Part shown: piece after piece, positions 59,597 through 64,000 of the stretch
Layout of the letters: every line of letters begins with the position of its first letter
Numbering within the stretch: the first letter of the stretch is position 1
NCBI GenBank assembly: GCA_021780615.1
Contig: JAJXYJ010000021.1
Span: forward strand, 3,819-67,818
Length of the DNA: 64,000 bases
Source: a bacterium
GTDB taxonomy: Bacteria; Patescibacteriota; Minisyncoccia; UBA6257; JAGOQP01
Direction of reading: 5' to 3'
Made by a program: the position numbers and the translations under genes
The notes under the pieces: model-generated
The model's database searches: none
What the model was told of the DNA's origin: nothing
Seen by the model: the letters and a program-made list of their open reading frames with translations, nothing else

Positions 59597-61256
59597 AGAG
59601 GCGCGCCGCTTTTCGTCCGGCATTATCATCGCTTAACACGGGAGTTACTTCATAAAAGGCATTTATTTTATTGGCAAGCAAGAAGAGATAGTCAGTGAGT
59701 TGATGCGCCGATGAGGTGTCCATGCATACCGTGAGCGCATCATCAAATTGCAAGATGATTTTTATCATATCCCAATCGCGTTCATCAAGACTGTTGGGCC
59801 GTCCTCGTACGATTCGGGTTGTTTTTTTAAGAATACGCGCAAGACGAGCGTAGGTATACTGCACGTAAGAAAAACTATTACCTCCCAAGGATAACATTCG
59901 CTGGGGATCAAAAATGATATCGGATGTGCGATTATCTTTGAGGAGATTGTATTTGAGTGATCCAATACCCACCGTGGTGGCGATGCGTTCTTTTTTCTGG
60001 GCGGCGATGTGTTGTTGTTTTTCACTAACAACAGCTCGAGCGGCGGCGATAACTTGGTCAATGAGATCTTGCGCTGATACAATGCGTCCTTCGCGAGTCG
60101 CAAATTTTTTTCCCGTGGTGTCCAAAACAGCGCCAAAGCCGACGTGTTCCAGGGGGATGTCGGTAATGTGGAGGAGGGTATTGAGAGCAAAAAGTTGTTT
60201 AAAATGGAGTTGTTGTTCGTTGCCGACTACATAGAGTATTTTTATGGGATGCTCTTTTTTAATGCGGTAGGACAAACTGACTATGTCACGTGTCATGTAG
60301 AGGGTGGCGCCGTCAGATTTGGCGATGAGCGCTGGGGGAAGTCCCTCCTGTTGGAGGGGGATAATCCATGCCCCTTCGCTTTGTTGCGCAATGCCTTCGG
60401 CTTGGAGTTTTTCCAGAAATGGAGCCAGGAGTGGTTCGTAAAAACTTTCACCAACTATGTGGGTAAATGAAATATTAAGAAGTGCGTATGTTTTTTTAAA
60501 TTCATCAAGTGATACCGTTACAATCCATTTCCATAATGCTCTGTTTTGAACATCTCCCATTTCTAATTTTTTAAACTCTTCTCGAGCGGCATCTTCAAGA
60601 GAGGGGTCTTCTTTTACTTTATCATGAAAAAGAATATACAGCGTGAGGAGTTCGGCAATCGGATTTTTTTCAACTATGTCCTTGTGGCCCCATCGTTTGT
60701 AGGCGACGAGTAATTTTCCAAATTGCGTTCCCCAATCTCCCAAATGATTCCATGCAATAACCGTGTAGCCTTGGTGAGTATAGAGACGCGAAAGAAAATC
60801 GCCCAAGATAGTGGCACGCAAATGTCCCACATGCATTGGTTTGGCTACGTTAGGGGATGAGAATTCGATAATAACTCGTTTGGATTTAATGGGTCGCTGG
60901 GCCACTATTTGCATACGGGAGAGTGTGGTGTAGAGGAATGAGGGGGTAAGAAAAAAATTTAAAAACCCGCCACCGGCAATCTCAACCCGTTCCAGTGCCG
61001 GATCATTTTTTTCTCGAATAGTTTGGGCCAGGAGTTGGGCGAGTTCGGAAGGATGTTCTTTGACAATACGGGCGAGAGCAAATGCCGCATTTGATGAGTA
61101 ATCTCCAAATGAGGCAATTTGTTTAGCCTCTACTTCAAAAGAAAGTGAGTCACTGTCAGTAATATATTGAGGAAAGCGTGCAATACACAGTGTGTGCATG
61201 GCGTCGTGCATGATTGTATACAAATAGGATTTTGGAGAGACGTACGTATGTTTCAT
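59520..61256 (-). CDS. argS: Arginine--tRNA ligase
   Basis: The HIGH-like motif PNVAKPMHVGHLR, an anticodon-binding C-terminal domain ending in ...M, and a length of 578 aa fit ArgRS. Confidence 0.9.
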   Translation of the reverse strand: MKHTYVSPKSYLYTIMHDAMHTLCIARFPQYITDSDSLSFEVEAKQIASFGDYSSNAAFALARIVKEHPSELAQLLAQTIREKNDPALERVEIAGGGFLNFFLTPSFLYTTLSRMQIVAQRPIKSKRVIIEFSSPNVAKPMHVGHLRATILGDFLSRLYTHQGYTVIAWNHLGDWGTQFGKLLVAYKRWGHKDIVEKNPIAELLTLYILFHDKVKEDPSLEDAAREEFKKLEMGDVQNRALWKWIVTVSLDEFKKTYALLNISFTHIVGESFYEPLLAPFLEKLQAEGIAQQSEGAWIIPLQQEGLPPALIAKSDGATLYMTRDIVSLSYRIKKEHPIKILYVVGNEQQLHFKQLFALNTLLHITDIPLEHVGFGAVLDTTGKKFATREGRIVSAQDLIDQVIAAARAVVSEKQQHIAAQKKERIATTVGIGSLKYNLLKDNRTSDIIFDPQRMLSLGGNSFSYVQYTYARLARILKKTTRIVRGRPNSLDERDWDMIKIILQFDDALTVCMDTSSAHQLTDYLFLLANKINAFYEVTPVLSDDNAGRKAARLYVLRKAAHVLATGLELLGTTPLDQI

Positions 61257-61403
61257 GGGAGGTAATATACGTACGATAACGCATTTTTAAACCATACGCA
61301 ATGCGGTTTTTGCTATGCACAGGTGAGTGTAAGAAGTATGGTATACTTACATATTATAGAAGATTAAAGGTCGAATTCCCTAAGTAGTAGACATATATAT
61401 ACT

Positions 61404-61631
61404 ATGAATAAATTAAGCGGGTTCGATTGGACAGCATTTGTCCTTGTTATTATTGGAGGATTAAACTGGGGCTTAGTGGGTATCTTTAACTTCAATCTTG
61501 TGGGAGCACTATTTGGCGATATGTCCATTATCTCGAGCATTATTTATATCCTTGTAGGACTTTCTGCATTGTATTTGATTTTTGTTGCTGGCAGTTTAGG
61601 TAAGCAATCAGGAGGAAAGTCAGCAGCATAG
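61404..61631 (+). CDS. DUF378-family small membrane protein
   Basis: It contains GGLNWGLVG and has two TM helices. Confidence 0.55.
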   Translation: MNKLSGFDWTAFVLVIIGGLNWGLVGIFNFNLVGALFGDMSIISSIIYILVGLSALYLIFVAGSLGKQSGGKSAA

Positions 61632-61706
61632 TAATTTGGGCGAAAGGTGAGGATAATTATTGTGTATGATCCTCTCTTAAGAATTTTTTACAGTCGCGCC
61701 AAGAAA

Positions 61707-61740
61707 CCCCTCTTTCACGTTTTGTGAAAGAGGGGTTTTA
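61707..61740 (+). terminator. Rho-independent terminator
   Basis: cccctctttcacgttttgtgaaagaggggtttta forms a hairpin with a T-run. Confidence 0.6.
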
Positions 61741-61796
61741 TGTGTGCGTGCAGCACACATACACATATGTACACATAAGAGAGATTGAAGATTTCC

Positions 61797-61838
61797 CTGC
61801 TCCCCTTTCCGTCCCGATCGGGACGGAAAGGGGAGCAG
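61797..61838. repeat. Perfect 19-bp-stem hairpin palindrome
   Basis: The sequence is ctgctcccctttccgtcccGATcgggacggaaaggggagcag. It is preceded by an acaca/tgtgt low-complexity tract. Confidence 0.5.
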
Positions 61839-61857
61839 GTATGATATACTTATTTTT

Positions 61858-62706
61858 ATGAATGCTACTGCCTTAAGTGTTACTAGGCTCAATACTACTG
61901 TATTTCGCCGCATGGTATATGGCTATTTTAAAAAGCACGGCAGAGATTTGCCGTGGCGGTATCAGGTAACGCCGTATCGGGTATTGGTATCAGAAATTAT
62001 GTTGCAACAGACACAGGTGGATCGAGTCATTCCTGCATTCAAACGATTTATAAAAACATTTCCCACTATCCGCTCGCTTGCCGATGCTTCTTTGCGCGAC
62101 GTGCTTGCCGCATGGCAGGGGTTAGGATACAACCGCCGCGCGCGATTTTTACACGAAACGGCGCAGCGCATGGTAAAAGAATATCACGGTCGCGTGCCGG
62201 CAGATCCCATAGTATTAGAAACGTTTCCCGGCATCGGCAAAAATACAGCCGCTTCCATTTGTGCGTTTGCCTTTGATGCACCGGTGATATTTATTGAAAC
62301 TAATATTAGAAGTGTCTACATTAAATATTTTTTTTCGGGTATGGCATCAGTTCGTGATGAGGATATTTTAAATATCGTGGCGCACACGATGGATCGGAAA
62401 CATCCGCGCCAGTGGTACAGCGCACTCATGGATTTTGGGTCCGACCTCAAAAAGCGTGAGTCAAACCCGAGTAGAAAAAGTGCTCATTATGTACGTCAAA
62501 AGCCATTCAAGGGATCTGTGCGCGAAACACGGGGAGCAATCATGCGCGCATTACTCGCACATCCGCAGGGTATGACGGCAAAGGCTTTATTGGGGCAGGA
62601 GCATGTTTCTGGGGCGCACCTCAAGGATGTTCTTGTTGCCCTGAATAAGGAGGGGGTTATTACCAATAAAAAAACCTCCGCCGGGAAAAAATTCTTTATT
62701 GCGTGA
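61858..62706 (+). CDS. HhH-GPD family base-excision DNA glycosylase (MutY/Nth-like), with no evident Fe-S cysteine cluster
   Basis: It contains LPWR..TPYRVLVSEIMLQQTQV, WQGLGYNRRARFL and PGIGKNTAASI (helix-hairpin-helix with the catalytic Asp region). Confidence 0.75.
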   Translation: MNATALSVTRLNTTVFRRMVYGYFKKHGRDLPWRYQVTPYRVLVSEIMLQQTQVDRVIPAFKRFIKTFPTIRSLADASLRDVLAAWQGLGYNRRARFLHETAQRMVKEYHGRVPADPIVLETFPGIGKNTAASICAFAFDAPVIFIETNIRSVYIKYFFSGMASVRDEDILNIVAHTMDRKHPRQWYSALMDFGSDLKKRESNPSRKSAHYVRQKPFKGSVRETRGAIMRALLAHPQGMTAKALLGQEHVSGAHLKDVLVALNKEGVITNKKTSAGKKFFIA

Positions 62707-62782
62707 GTGCCTGATGTGCATGCTATGAAAGTTATGCACCTTCAGAATATCGTGGCATGATACAATAAAACTACATTACGTT

Positions 62783-64000
62783 ATGGTTACGCAACAACTC
62801 GTTGAGTATATACAAAATCAATTGCGGTCGGGACAAAATCCGGAATCTATTAAACAAATTTTACGTGGGCATGGATGGGGCGAAGATGATATTGGCGAAG
62901 CATTCTTCCAGGCATCAGGAGCATCAAGTCAGTCTCCCATAGCCAGTCCGGGCAATCAGCCCGTACGGCAGGATTTTGCGTTTGATGCGCAGGCACATGT
63001 GGCGGTATCGGGCACGGGTGATTGGTTTTCAGGAAAAAAGAAATTAATAAGCATTATAGCCAGTGTCGTGGTCCTTTTGGGCGGGGGAGGATATGCCGCT
63101 TATTCATATGTTACCTCATCTCCCCAAGCACTGTTACAAAAAATGTTTGAAACATTGCCCACGGTGCAGACGGTGCAGGGAACTGCATCTATCAGTGCCG
63201 CGTGGAAAGATGCATCCGCTCCGCTTTCTTTAACATCTCTTATGGCGCCCTCCGGCCAGCGGCAGGCTGTTGCTCATGAGGCGACTAACACGCTTGAGCT
63301 TGATGTGACATCTTTTATAAATCTTATACAGACACAAACAAATCAATTTGTGTTTTCTGCGTCAACGACGTATGCCGGCGGGTATACCAACGGAACGCCG
63401 GTACATGTGGGGATTGATCTGGGCGGATCTGAAAATTTATTTTATGCAAAATTAAGCGGCCTAAGAGAAACGTTGACAGCATTAATTCCGGTTCCCCTTG
63501 ATGTCAGTTTTTTGGACAATCAGTGGATCAAGGTGGACACAACGCAAGCGGCGGCGCAGGCAAAAGACATGGGGCTCACCAATGCCACATCATCAGGGCC
63601 CACATTTTTTCAAAAACTTTCAACGCCAGACGTGCGGGCAAAAGTCATCGCCATTCTTAAAAATTCAAAAGCGATACAGAGCATGACTAAGGTGGGGGAT
63701 GAGTCCATTGATGGTGTCCCCACCGCGCATATTGCCTTAGTTATAAACGGTCCCGAGTTTCTTAAAACGGTCCAGGACTTAGCCGTTCTTGCTGGTGTTT
63801 CAACATCCACCCCAGTTGATCCTAATGGTCCCTTGCAAGCGCTTGATATTTGGATCGGCACCAGCGATTATTTGCCCCACAAGGTGGTGGCCACGCTGAA
63901 TGCGAATGCCATTATGCATACCAACGCAAATGGTACATCTGCGACACAGTTTTCTTTCCTGACTGTCGGCCTTTCGCGCCTTTCGTATAACGTGCCGTTT
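62783..64000 (+). CDS. Hypothetical membrane-anchored protein, 3' end truncated by the window edge. It is not in the ORF track because no stop codon falls in the window.
   Basis: The frame is open from the ATG at 62783 to the window end (406 codons, read manually). A TM helix, LISIIASVVVLLGGGGYAAYSYV, follows an N-terminal soluble segment. Confidence 0.45.
   Translation, partial: MVTQQLVEYIQNQLRSGQNPESIKQILRGHGWGEDDIGEAFFQASGASSQSPIASPGNQPVRQDFAFDAQAHVAVSGTGDWFSGKKKLISIIASVVVLLGGGGYAAYSYVTSSPQALLQKMFETLPTVQTVQGTASISAAWKDASAPLSLTSLMAPSGQRQAVAHEATNTLELDVTSFINLIQTQTNQFVFSASTTYAGGYTNGTPVHVGIDLGGSENLFYAKLSGLRETLTALIPVPLDVSFLDNQWIKVDTTQAAAQAKDMGLTNATSSGPTFFQKLSTPDVRAKVIAILKNSKAIQSMTKVGDESIDGVPTAHIALVINGPEFLKTVQDLAVLAGVSTSTPVDPNGPLQALDIWIGTSDYLPHKVVATLNANAIMHTNANGTSATQFSFLTVGLSRLSYNVPF

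Overview
The window is a gene-dense bacterial chromosomal segment whose content looks most like a Candidate Phyla Radiation (Patescibacteria) genome. This is an inference, and a whole-contig taxonomic classification would refute it if it places the contig outside the CPR. The evidence is compact housekeeping genes with weak or no Shine-Dalgarno sequences, AT-rich intergenic repeats, a 23S-5S rRNA locus with no 16S, rRNA insertions, a lamin-tail-domain protein, and a diversity-generating retroelement (DGR).

Housekeeping genes recognised from motifs include glycyl-tRNA synthetase C-terminus, M16 peptidase, MetRS, TatD, SHMT, FolD, LCP, TrmH, RecA, RodZ-like, FtsK, cysteine desulfurase, HtrA, ClpB, TsaE, PilB, RuvB, P-type ATPase, ValRS, MurD, PrsW-like, Hsp20, RecG, ThyA, dCMP deaminase, ArgRS and a MutY/Nth-like glycosylase.

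RNA genes are a 23S rRNA (about 37560..41402), a 5S rRNA and two tandem tRNA-Arg genes. The 23S is interrupted by two short intervening sequences of one family and by an ORF-less group I intron at the I-CreI-type site.

The standout system is a complete DGR at 49810..52321. It comprises a target gene with a C-terminal variable repeat, a template repeat that differs from it almost only at template adenines and carries AAC codons, an Avd-like gene on the opposite strand, and a DGR-type reverse transcriptase. The reverse transcriptase is split by a -1 frameshift at a G-rich tract.

A dispersed repeat family occurs in intergenic regions, inside the rRNA insertions, and apparently in frame inside valS. 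It consists of aaattg/caattt-rich tracts, sometimes with a GC-rich hairpin core.

recG carries an in-frame GxxExxY-motif domain insertion plus low-complexity insertions with direct repeats. A large coiled-coil protein is split at a G6 homopolymer.

All calls are from reading the sequence and the ORF track. No database searches were run.
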